A model generated the notes under the pieces. That model ran no database searches, was not told the origin of the DNA, and saw nothing but the letters and a program-made list of their open reading frames with translations. A stretch of 64,000 nucleotides of DNA from NCBI GenBank assembly GCA_030704615.1, contig CM060732.1, positions 35,340,001 through 35,404,000 of the forward strand, written 5' to 3'. Positions 50,582 through 61,059 of this stretch are shown here, piece after piece. The stretch is from Takakia lepidozioides. Taxonomy: Eukaryota > Plantae > Bryophyta. Both the position numbers and the translations under genes were made by a program. How positions within the stretch are numbered: the first letter of the stretch is position 1; every line of letters begins with the position of its first letter.

Positions 50582-53500
50582 ATGGATTTGCATTGTTCTG
50601 GACAATAAATGGCTCCATCTTTTGGAGAAAGAGGTTTACGATCTCCTGATGAGACTCTCATATCAGCCAGTGGAGAGTGCGAGAGTACTTGGAGAGCTCG
50701 GCGAAAGTCCCTTGGGTCATATGTGACGCCCGGGACTGCTGCTTCGGTCGTTGAAGACAAGAGGGAGGTGGTGGTGAAAAAAGAAACAGACTTCCTCCAC
50801 TCCAATCGTTGAGCTTTCGGATTCTTCCGATGATGACATAAGTGAAATTCCAAATCCAGTCCTTCCTACTGTGGTTGCAGAAGCTGATGAAGAAGAGATT
50901 TGTAGTGTCATTCCAAAATTGCGGGCGATGGGAGGAATGGCTGGATTCAAAGTGAGTTGCGGGGAATTGATTGGGAATCTTTGAAGCAGGTGCCTGTGAA
51001 GTTCTTGCCGGAGACTTTTGATGGCGATATCCTATTCGAGCTGCCTCCTCCTCCGCGAGTTGAGGTGTAACAATCATGATGCATGGAATGGACAAGAAAC
51101 ACGACGGGCACCCGTGGTGCAGAACAAAAACATCCAATATTCAGAATGATGACAAGCTTGTTTTCAGGAGGACAGTTTGCAATGGACACCTTAGGTGTGA
51201 TAATTTGAATTGCAGACACTTTCTTCAGTCTGGAGTTCATAATCAAAGCGAATGGGAGGGTCTGGCGAGAATCCATTTCAGCCTGGGACTGCCCCTCCAC
51301 CGGCAAACACTTTCGTCTGCAAATTCTGCAAACTTGTGCCATCCTGCTTGGCGCTCTGCGGAGCAAGAATGTACTATGTTGTCCACCGTTTGAATACAAT
51401 GACGAGAGCTTGTGTGCATTTTGGATTCCATAACCATCCTGTCTCGAAGGGGGATTACAGGGAGAGTGTTGAGACAGTATCGAGGTTGATCAAACAGGAG
51501 TTCGGGAGAAACCCATCCGCAACAACATCTGCAATTGCTTGGCGCAAAAGTCCTTCTTGGAAAGCCATATTTTGAGTGAAGGAGATTCTGTGGGGACTAA
51601 ACTTGACGGTGCAGCATTGGACCTGGTCATGGATCATTTCTCCACTTTAAGTTCACCTAACATTCGGCATCAGATCAATGCATTGAGAATGGGCTCTGGG
51701 ATCAGAGGCTACATAGACAATATTTTGGAATTGAAACGACTGAGCAAGTACGATTACATCCAGGACAATGTATTCCCAGGTCAAGGTGCCATCAAAGTTT
51801 TTCTTTTCAAAATGTCGACTGTTGGGGAGGGCAGTGGGGTTAGCCTCGTGAAGCGGATGCAGAAGACTGGGGACTTGCAGAACTGTTTTCTTATGTTTGA
51901 TCATGTGAAACGAGTGAAGGATTGGACGACAATGGCTTGTCATGTCTACGATCCAGTGTACCAACGAGTTATGACAATTGCAGTTTGTGACATGCAATCC
52001 GAGGATACGGAATCCCAGAAGCTCATGTGGAATTCCCTGATACGTGTCATGGGCTGCCATGGGCTGCCATCTCCAAATTTCGCAGGTTTCATGGCGGATA
52101 GTGCTCAAGCAAATTTCAATGCTATTCGTATTGTCTTCGGATCGGGCGACCCAAAAGTGCCTATGCCAGGAAGAGAGCGTACATGTCTATTCCATTGGAC
52201 ACAATCTCTGGAAAAACATACAAGTCGGACATCAAACCAGAGATGCAGACTCAGCACCGTAAATTGTGCAAAGAGTACAAAGATGCTAGAACAATGAAGG
52301 AGGCGGACACTTTGTTCCAGACAATTCGTGCCTGGTGGTTCTCTTCTGGAGCTGCATCACTTGAGAGTATGAGAGCATTGGAAGATTGGCTGGCGTTTTG
52401 GCACTTCCGGTATAGACAGTGGGGAGCAGCCATGACAATGGTACGAGGCTTCTATTTCATGCTTTATTCATACATTTGCTTTCCATATTTTTTGCTTTCT
52501 TTCTTGTTTGTTTCCTGTGCACTATTCTGAAGTGTGGTTATCCTCTTTGCAGAACATGTCCATTGAGGAAATGGCAGACATGCCATCTTGCAATTTGGCA
52601 GAAACTGTGCACAATGCATGGTTGCAGCAGTCTGGGAAACGAGGTCGGGATTTGTATGTGGCAACAACAGATGATTTGATACGTGCCTTGCAACAACAAA
52701 CCCGATACCGTGATTTCTTACGAGGTGGGGTTGGTGGCAAGGGTCCGGACAAATCGGAGTTGATGTGCGTGCTGCAAACAGATCTGGGGATCCAATCAAG
52801 ATAGCACGGGCGGTGAGCATGTATGCCCAGGGAACGCCACTTGTTTCTAGAGTTCCACATCTTGAAGGGGAGGAGAGATTCGGCTCCTGTAAGAGGAAAT
52901 TGAACACTCCACCTGGTTCGGATTCAGATTCCCACAGGGCAGACCGTGATAACTTCTCGAAGCCTCGTGTTCCCCTGCATGACAGCTCCGTGTCCGGAAC
53001 CTCCATTGTGGAGGAACCTCCAACACGACGGCAAGCTCCAGCATCAAACCGTGCCACTGAAATGGTGCAGGAGAGAAACAACCCCCTTGATGTGCTTGAG
53101 TCCGCATGCCCCGACCACGTTTGGCACATAGAACGCACAAGTGTCGGGTCTCGTGTGAAATGTACAGCGATCAGGGCAACTAATTTCGAGAAGTGCACTT
53201 CATCTATATCCAGAGGTGGTGCCCGAACTCCTGCTCCGACTTTCACGGGCTTGATGCGTCCATACGGTCAACCAGAAGCCAAGAACCACAAGTTCTGGTT
53301 CTGCGCAGATGATTGTGCCAGATGTGTGCATGGAACTGTGCGTCCTTCCGTAGTGATGAAGCCATCTCCTCCAACCGTTTGGCCCGTGAAGGTGGGAACA
53401 CATCTCAGCTTTCAGGAGATTGAAATGCTGGAGGAGGCAGGTTTTTCCCTTGCGAGACAACCCCAACTCCATGCATGTGCTACTACTCCTGCGTCCTCCC

Positions 53501-53937
53501 GGGTCCCCCCGGCAAATCCTGACTTGTGGCCAACCAAACGAGATGGAAAGCTCGTTCGGCGTTTCCCTCCAACCGCTGAACACTTTGGCAAAGTGGAGTC
53601 CGCAAGAATGCTCCAAGCTCGTGTTGGAAGCACCACGGAAGTACCCGATCCAGGATATGGTCGGGTATTCACAATCATCACTTCCACATCTGCTGTTCAT
53701 GACAGGACCTACGACATCACGGTTTCCAATTTCCCCAATTGCACATGTCCTGATTTTGTGAATATGCTATCAACCAGTTTGGGCAAGAGAGGTAAATTCA
53801 TACCCTGCAAACATTTGTATTTCATATTTTTGAGGAGGATGGTTTGCGATCCCAAACGTGACAACTTCATTCACCAGGCCACTATGAGTTTCAACGAGGT
53901 CGATACTCTTTTGCAGCGGGATACAACACATGGGTAG
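50582..53937 (+). pseudogene. MULE transposase: acidic N-terminus, GCM-like Cys-rich domain, DDE core, SWIM zinc finger; intron about 52441-52552; frameshifted
   Basis: FLMFDHVKR, FMADSAQANFNAI...CLFHW (the MULE D...CxxH signature), CNLAETVH, CTCPDF...PCKH. Start codon uncertain. Confidence 0.82.
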
Positions 53938-54859
53938 CATGAACTATGTAATGTGGTATGTGGATGACCATGATTTGAAATGTGTAATTCACATCAATTC
54001 GTCGGCTGTGCAATGATATGGCCTCCAACTATACGGAGTGAGGTCTGAGTGACAACTTTTAGGTAGTGCACATTTGTCATTGCACCGTTCGAAGTCTACA
54101 TGTCTTGCTGTCGCTATGCACTACAATCATCTTTTGAAGATGATCATAACTCTCATTGTTATTTGAGGAGGGAGGAAGTCTTCTCGTGGCAGCCTTTATG
54201 GCGCACACTTTGTGAGGATATTTTGTCGTCTTCGTAATTGTAAAAGTGAAACAAACATTTGTAATTGCACAATGTTGGATGCTGCAATTGTAGGCCTCAA
54301 CGCTCGTCTTGATTCTATTTAGGCAAGATTCCCTGCATTAATTCCACGGTCATAGGACCATCCACGGTTATAGGCGGCGCATGTTAATGCTGACGTGGCA
54401 GTTGACGGACAGTGCCACGTCATCATTTACCGCACATCAGCATGCTGACATGACGCTCACGCCACGTCAGCATGTGTGCAGGCTCACGCCACGTCACTCC
54501 TGCGTGAGCGTACGCTCGCGCGCTCACGTGCAACGCTCACGCCATTGCGTCGTTGCACTAGCAGCATTCACAGCGGCAGTGAGTTGGCCTAGAGAGTTGC
54601 TTGGGGCAACGCTCATCAGAGGATTACCACCTCCAGAGAGCAGGATGACATGTATGGTATGGCGGAGTTGCCTACCATGGTTGCTCAGACTCCATTGGGG
54701 GCACGAGCACGGATTTGCATCGGATTGCTGATCGACGAGTGCAACAAGCCTGGGTGGAGGCTTTTGTACCGTCAAGATGAGGAGAGTGCGGGGATTGCAC
54801 CAGGACCACCTCAGTTTCTCCATTGGATACCACACCTATTGTGTGGCAGGTATCCGGAT

Positions 54860-55800
54860 GAAGGCATTTGTCTTCTAAACTTGTTTGGCGGGATCAGCAC
54901 CGGATTGGCTGTTGTGTTACAGGCAGGTGTATGAGTTGGGCGTTATCTGTATGTGGAGAGGGAGACTGCATGTCGCGTTTCACTTTGCCATGTTGCTCAT
55001 GGTGCAGCGGTACCCTAATTTTTGTCGGTGTCTGCAATTCGTGGATTAAGCAGGCCTTGCCAGCAGACATTTCGTTGCTGGGGGGCGCATGATTTGGAGC
55101 GGGTTGGCTCCATTGATTTGTAGTGGCAGTTTGGCCCTGCCAAGGGCATCATCAGCCGGCATGGCAATGATGGATTGCGAGACTCGAGGTCGGGTCTGTT
55201 TTGGGAGATGGTGCGGGTTTTGCGCCACTTGCAGCTTCATCAAGCTGTATCTCCAGCATACATCTTGGAGAATGTGCCACTGATGGGCGATTCTCGGGCC
55301 AGGGTGATGGCCAGTGTGCATCAAGTCGGTTGTGGCTTGGGTCAGCAGTGTTGCTAGATGCAGCTACAGTGGGGTCACGGGCTCATCGTCCACGCTATGG
55401 TGGACTAACTTGATGCCACCCGCACTGCTCAAGCGTGCATTTGATGGGGTGCAGTGGCCAGCACATCTCACAGTGGATAGCATTCTGGACACAGGGAGGC
55501 AGTCTCAACATATGAGACACAATAACCGTTCGCCTTTGGCAGTGGTCAACAAGGTGGGTCAACCACGAGCAGCATTACCCACACTGCTCAGCTTCCCAGG
55601 ATCGCATGCTTTCCGGGATAGTGGACCTGGCCTCCTATGGGATGCTCAGTTGCAGCAGTTAGTGGAGCCTAATGCTGACGAGCGTGAGCGGGCAATGGGT
55701 TTTACCACTGGTACCACGGCGGTGTCTCTCTTTCTGAGGCATCACGTCATCAAGTGTTGGGGCAAGCAATGGATCTCAATTGCTTGACCTGGATTATCAG
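54860..55800 (+). pseudogene. DNMT3-like cytosine-5 DNA methyltransferase domain within element C pol
   Basis: Motif I LLNLFGGISTG, IV WPCQG (55132), RSGLFWEMVRVL, VI YILENV, VIII SRAHRPR.WWTNL, IX ERERAMGF and X VLGQAMD, in the correct order across frameshifts. Confidence 0.88.
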
Positions 55801-56159
55801 CTTGGCTCTGCTGAGCAACGCAGAGTGCGGAGTACACTTCCCTCGATGGTCTCTCTGCCTACCGAGACGGTACAGGCAGTGAGTGGGGGCGAGCATGTGA
55901 GGACCACGGGGTGCATGCATCCATGGCACACGTGGGAGGTGCTCGAGGTTCAGAGGGAGTTGGCAGCCAAGGCGGCTGTGATGATGAGGTTGGGGATTCT
56001 TCTCGGGTTGAGGAGGTCCTCAAGGATGAGATGATGGGGCAGGGATGAGGCCTTGTCATTGACTGAGCAGGCATGGAGTACTGCTCAAGAGGTTGCAACA
56101 TAGCAACCACTGGACGCGTCCTCTACCTCTAAGCCCACTGGACTTAAGGTTGCAGTTAC

Positions 56160-58980
56160 GGAGGACAATTGGGAGCCTGACATTGGACCCATTGTCACCG
56201 GAGGAGAGAGACGACGTATACGGCGGTTCCTGAGGGCTTACAGGAATTGCTTTGCCTTCAGTTTGAAAGACTTGGGAGCACTGAAGGGTCAAGAGATCCG
56301 TATTGAGTTGGCCACTGACACGCCAATCTTTCGGAGACCCTATAGATACAGTGACATGGAGAGGTCTTTGATTCAGATGAGGACTCAAGATCTCTGGGAG
56401 GCAGGTTTGGTGGAGCTCTTTGGTGGAGAGTATGCTTCAGCCACAGTGATGCCAGCCAAGAAGGATGTCTATGCAATTGGACGGAGAGACGTATGTGCGG
56501 TGATTACCGGCCTGTAAATCGTCAGACCAAGTCCGATAAGTATGCCATGCCAACACCAGAGGAGATCTTTGATGCCATCGGGCATGCTAAGGCCTTTAGC
56601 ACTTTGGATTTACGATCCGGATATCACCAGTTGCCAATCAAGGAGGCGGACAAGCAGAAGACGGCATTCTGGGGGATCAATGAGCACGGCAAGGATTGCC
56701 TATATCAGTGGCGGTTCTTACCATTTGGGCTTAAGAATGCTCCTGCAGAGTTTCAGAGAGTCATGGAGGATTCTAGCAGGGGTGGACTTTGCTCGGTGCT
56801 ACATAGATGACATCATCATCTTTAGTGTTACGATGGAGGAGCATGAGAGACCCTTCAGGTGGTATTGGAGCGCTTGAGAGCGCACGGATTGAAGTTGCAT
56901 CCGGGGAAGTGCAAGTTTTTCCACAACCAGATTGAGTATCTGGGTCACATGATATATCCTGGAGGATTGGGGATACAGCAGACTAAGGTAGAGGCCATTG
57001 CACAAATTCCACGCCCCACGGATGTGAGCCGAGTTCGAGCTTTCATGGGGTTGGCAAACTATTATAGACGGTTTGTCAAGGGATTTAGTACCATTGCAAA
57101 GGCTCTAACCAAGCTGACCAAGGTGGACCAAGAGTGGCAGTGGGAAGATGAGCAGGAACGAGCTTTTCAAGAGCTCAAGACGAGGTTGACCTCGGCGCCT
57201 ATCCTCACACAGGTGGATGATGAGGGAAGAGAGTTCGTAGTGGCTTATGCTAGCCGCTCGAACAACGCTGCAGAGGCTAAGTACAGCTCATATGAGGGAG
57301 AGTGCTTAGCTGCAGTGTGGGCCGTGACACACTTCAGGTGCTATCTATACGACAATCTTTTCACCCTTGTCACGGATCACCAGCCACTCAAGTGGTTGAT
57401 GGAGTCAGACAAGCTTACGGGGAAGCTTGCACGGTGGGCACTCATACTCCAGGAGTATGACTTTCAGGTTTTGCATCGACCGGGTTTGGTCAATCGGGAT
57501 GCGGATGGATTGAGTCGCAATCCATGCATGAGCCAGCAGGATGACACTGGAGCTCGTGGCATGGTGAGACGGACGAGGAGATGGTGCCGGGATGGCACGC
57601 ATCTGCATTTTTGTGTATCTTGGCATCGGGGAGGTCAGGTTGGACCTACAACAGGGATGACTGTAGACGGAGTGTCTGAGGACCCTGAGGCTAGTGATGA
57701 GTCAGGTGGTGCCAGAGATATACATGAGGATTTTTGTGTTGGACTACCTCCGCACGGGAGACACGCAGCCACTGTGACTGCCAGGGAGAGGGATCGGATC
57801 CTGCAACGAGCCAAGAGGTTCAAGTGGGAGGGGATACACCTACTTCGAGTGTAGGAGGATGGTCGGGTGAGGATTGTGCCTCACCCCACACAGCGTGCAC
57901 GGTTAGTGCGCATGCCCATGAGGAGTTGGGGCATTTTGGAGTGCGACGCACTCACAGTTTACTGCAGGGGCAGTATTGGTGGCGTGGTATGCATACAGAG
58001 GTGCAACAGTTCGTGGCTAGGTGCATGGTGTGTGACAGGGTGCGTGCTTCATTCAAAACCCCTACACCACAGTTGCATCCTTTACCAATCATGGGATTGG
58101 GCTACAAGTGGAGTCTTGACTTCGCAGGGCCGTTGCCACTGACTATGCGCCACCACAGATATGTGTTGGTGATGGTGAGCACTTCTCCAAGTGGATTGAG
58201 TTGGTTCCATTGCCTGACAAGGCTAGTGAGGGGGCTGCGTATGCATTCTTGGATCGTGTGCTTAGCCGATTTGGTGCTCCAGCTGAGGTACTCACGGACC
58301 AAGGGAGAGAGTTCTTGGGGGAGTTTCAGGCTTTGTGTGATAAAGCCTTGATAGACCACCGCACCACTTCTCGGGATCATCCTGAGGCCAATGGCTTAGC
58401 AGAGAGAGTTGTTCAGACGGTGAAGAGGGGTTTGCGCAAGTATGGCTTGCAGAAGGGACACCTAGGAGATTGGGATCTTCAGGTTCCTTGGTTAGCCATG
58501 GGCTACAGGTTCAGCAAACAAGCATCACTTGCCTCTTCTCACCATATTTTCCTTCTCTTTGGCCGAGAGCCGGATTTGCCTGCAGCCATTCATAGGGACA
58601 CTGCTCAAGTCCTTAACCTTGACGATCCGGATGTGTGGGTACGTGCATGTGATCAGCGTGTAGAGTTGTTCAAGAAAGTCATGCCCATGGCTTTTGAGAA
58701 CCTTGCCATTGCACAGCACCGTGATACGTTGAGGTATGCCACTATACGTGGTGATATCATCCTGGGGTTCGGAGGTTTAGCCCTGGTGACTATGTTTATT
58801 TGCAGCAGACTGCTCCTACGACTCTGGATGTTACTGCAGGGCGTGTTATTCTGAGGGTTCGAGAGGTGTTGCCCAGGGGTCCTGATCTTGGAGGGTCGGG
58901 GATGGCATGACTTGGAAGGACCATGTGCGTAATTGTGCGCCATGTCACCTTCCCAATGTCGATGGCAGAGTTGACCCAAA
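56160..58980 (+). pseudogene. Element C RT, RNase H (N-terminal part deleted) and integrase
   Basis: [77 protein letters not shown]. Confidence 0.92.
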
Positions 58981-59008
58981 CTTGGCAGTGGTACCTGCAG
59001 GTTTGAGG

Positions 59009-59152
59009 TGCATGCTCTGTGGGTCTGCCAAAGGGGCAGCCACCATGCTGGTGTGTGATCGATGCTCAAGGGGTTGACATATGGGATGCTTGACACCACC
59101 TCTTGAGAAGGTTCCTTACGGAGATTGGTTGTGTCCACACTGCTTGGGATAG
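59009..59152 (+). pseudogene. PHD finger at the element C integrase C-terminus
   Basis: CMLC...MLVCDRCSRG*HMGCLTPPLEKVPYGDWLCPHC gives the C4HC3 pattern; premature TGA at 59075. Confidence 0.88.
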
Positions 59153-59409
59153 TGGCAGTGGACATGACTGGAGGCAGCTAACAAGACATGGAGGCCAAGC
59201 TCATAGGAGTCAATACATGAGATCCCAAGCTCAAGTCACATGTTGCAAGACGGCGACTAACGATGGGGCAACTCTTGCACCCGGCCTCTTGATCTATCGA
59301 GTTTGAGTGCAGTAGGGATAGTGGTGGAGGACTTATTGAGGCTATGGTCACTATCACATCTTGTGGCTATTTGGACTTAGAGGGACCTAAGCACCAGCTA
59401 GGGGGCGAT

Positions 59410-60106
59410 TGTGTGGACAAGTGACTGCCATAGTGGGCAGCATAGTGGTAGCCTAGTGACTGACTAGTTGTAGCCTAGTGGTTGGACTAGTGGCTGGACT
59501 AGTGGTGGACTAGTGGTATACTAGTGTGTGGTGTGCACATGTGTTGTGTGGTTTTGGACAGCGATGTAGTTTGTGTAGCAATATGTATGCGCACGACAGC
59601 TGTCAAGTTATTTTACCACTAGTGTGAAACTAGCTAGGAAATAGCTAGCTTTTACATATTGACATTTGGGATTGGCCCAAGTGTCAATCCAGGGGTCAAG
59701 GCAGATTTAGGCCCTGGAGTGGTTATCTTCACGGCAAGCACGGGAGGCTCATCTTTCTCGAGTTGAGCCTCACCGCGCCTAGCTATGGCGCCGTAGTGTG
59801 GATTCTCCATGGCGTGGGGTGCACTTGGCTTGACTTGTATTTGAGTGATGAGGTTATATATGCATGAGTTTATGCTTCAGATTTGTGAGCTCGTGCTTGT
59901 ATTCTTCTTCTTTATCATTGTGTGGACTAGTGACTGCCATAGTGGGCAGCATAGTGGCAGCCTAGTGACTGACTAGTTGTAGCCTAGTGGTTGGACTAGT
60001 GGCTGGACTAGTGGTGGACTAGTGGTATACTAGTGTGTGGTGTGCACATGTGTTGTGTGGTTTTGGACAGCGATGTAGTTGTGTAGCGATATGTATGCGC
60101 ATGACA
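59410..60106 (+). repeat. Element C 3' composite terminal repeat: B1 (59410-59598), A2 (59601-59917), B2 (59919-60106)
   Basis: B1 and B2 differ at about 5 positions; A2 matches A1; PPT-like AGGGGGCGA precedes B1. Confidence 0.92.
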
Positions 60107-60110
60107 CAGT

Positions 60111-60714
60111 CAAGGTCGCACGCAAGTTGTCAAAATTCGGCAGCATAAACGGAAGCTGGACGTGCTCCTTATCGAAGATTTCGCATCTTTATCTCTGCAA
60201 CTCTCTCTCTATCATTCTCTCCAAACGTTGCAGTGAACTTGGACATGAACGCTTCAAAATAGTATAGTAAATGCGAATTTTTCTCTAATAGCGGGGCAAA
60301 CCAAGATAGGGCAGTGCCTGATAGAAAGGTGCCTACGAATCCCACTTGAATACCTTCATCATAGTAGCGTTGTGGATATAGTCGTAGGAACAATCGTACT
60401 TGTTGAACAAAACCGCGAAATCTTGATCTCGTCCTATCAAATTTCTCGGGCATGCTGACCTTAGGTTCCCTTGTAATCTGTTGAAGATTTGGAGGAACCG
60501 TTGCAGTAGGATTTGTTGTAGTAGGGACTCGTAAGGTTGAAGATCCATTGTTCGACTCCTTCAACTCTGAAATTTGTTGTTGCAAATTGTTGAGAGCATT
60601 GCCAAGGTCTTGAGACTGATCAACTTGTAGTTGGGCAGTAGAGGCACGAAGTTCTTGCATCTGGAGCTGAAGACTCTGCAACGTGGCAACCATTTCCGCA
60701 AATGTGTCTTCCAT
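60111..60714 (-). pseudogene. Element A gag N-terminal part
   Basis: Coiled-coil start followed by EPKVSMPEKFDRTRSRFRGFVQQ...LSGTALSWF (sushi/PEG10-type gag). Confidence 0.88.
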
Positions 60715-60739
60715 CTTAACTAACTAAGGAACAAACTTT

Positions 60740-60750
60740 AGTCTCGCCAA
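60740..60750 (-). promoter_or_regulatory. Self-priming PBS of element A (TTGGCGAGACT)
   Basis: 11-nt perfect complement of LTR positions 61012-61022, which begin about 30 nt after the start of TATATATA (61046-61053) on the minus strand. Confidence 0.8.
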
Positions 60751-60752
60751 AC

Positions 60753-61053
60753 TGTCAAGGACGAGAACATGACTGAACACAAACAAGAGATAAGACTAGA
60801 GGTACAAGGCTAGACAAGAAGTCAAGGTCGGCGTGGCCGAATGCACGATGAGTAAATAATAATCAAGACGATCTTTATAACAATGAACAAGAGTACAATA
60901 TATTGGAACACCACTTGAATACTGGAATGCTGAAAACTGAACTGGAGTACTAGATATTGGAAACTGGGCTAGGGTACTGGAAACTGGAAATAAGAGTAGC
61001 TTGAACTGGTGTTGGCGAGACTGAAGAGTGTCAAGTCTCGCCTCCTATATATA
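60753..61053 (-). repeat. Truncated 5' LTR (TATA-R-U5) of element A
   Basis: Matches 26860-27160; homology ends at the TATA box. Confidence 0.88.
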
Positions 61054-61059
61054 GGTGTC

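Larger units (their letters stand above)
44812..54555 (+). mobile_element. Mutator-like (MULE) DNA transposon, 9744 bp, with two divergent genes
   Basis: 9-bp TSD CACTAGCAG (44803-44811, 54556-54564) and imperfect TIRs rich in GCGTGAGC/GCTCACGC. Removing the element restores the host frame PTLAA-FTAAVSW. Confidence 0.9.
38962..60106 (+). mobile_element. Element C: Gypsy retrotransposon with C5-DNA methyltransferase and PHD domains and split terminal repeats
   Basis: TGTCA...TGACA termini and a 4-bp TSD CAGT (38958-38961, 60107-60110), confirmed against the empty site in copy D. Order gag-PR-DNMT-RT-RH-IN-PHD. Confidence 0.9.
26860..61053 (-). mobile_element. Element A: Tcn1/Tf1-sushi-like chromoviral Ty3/Gypsy retrotransposon, interrupted by elements B and C
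   Basis: 3' LTR 26860-27443, PPT 27444-27458, truncated 5' LTR 60753-61053. gag-PR-RT-RH-IN-chromodomain are colinear once the insertions are removed. Confidence 0.9.

Noticed and set aside
38962-60106. DIRS/Ngaro tyrosine-recombinase element, suggested by the split repeats
   Set aside because: The element has a protease, a DDE integrase, TG...CA ends and a 4-bp TSD, and no recombinase motifs were seen.
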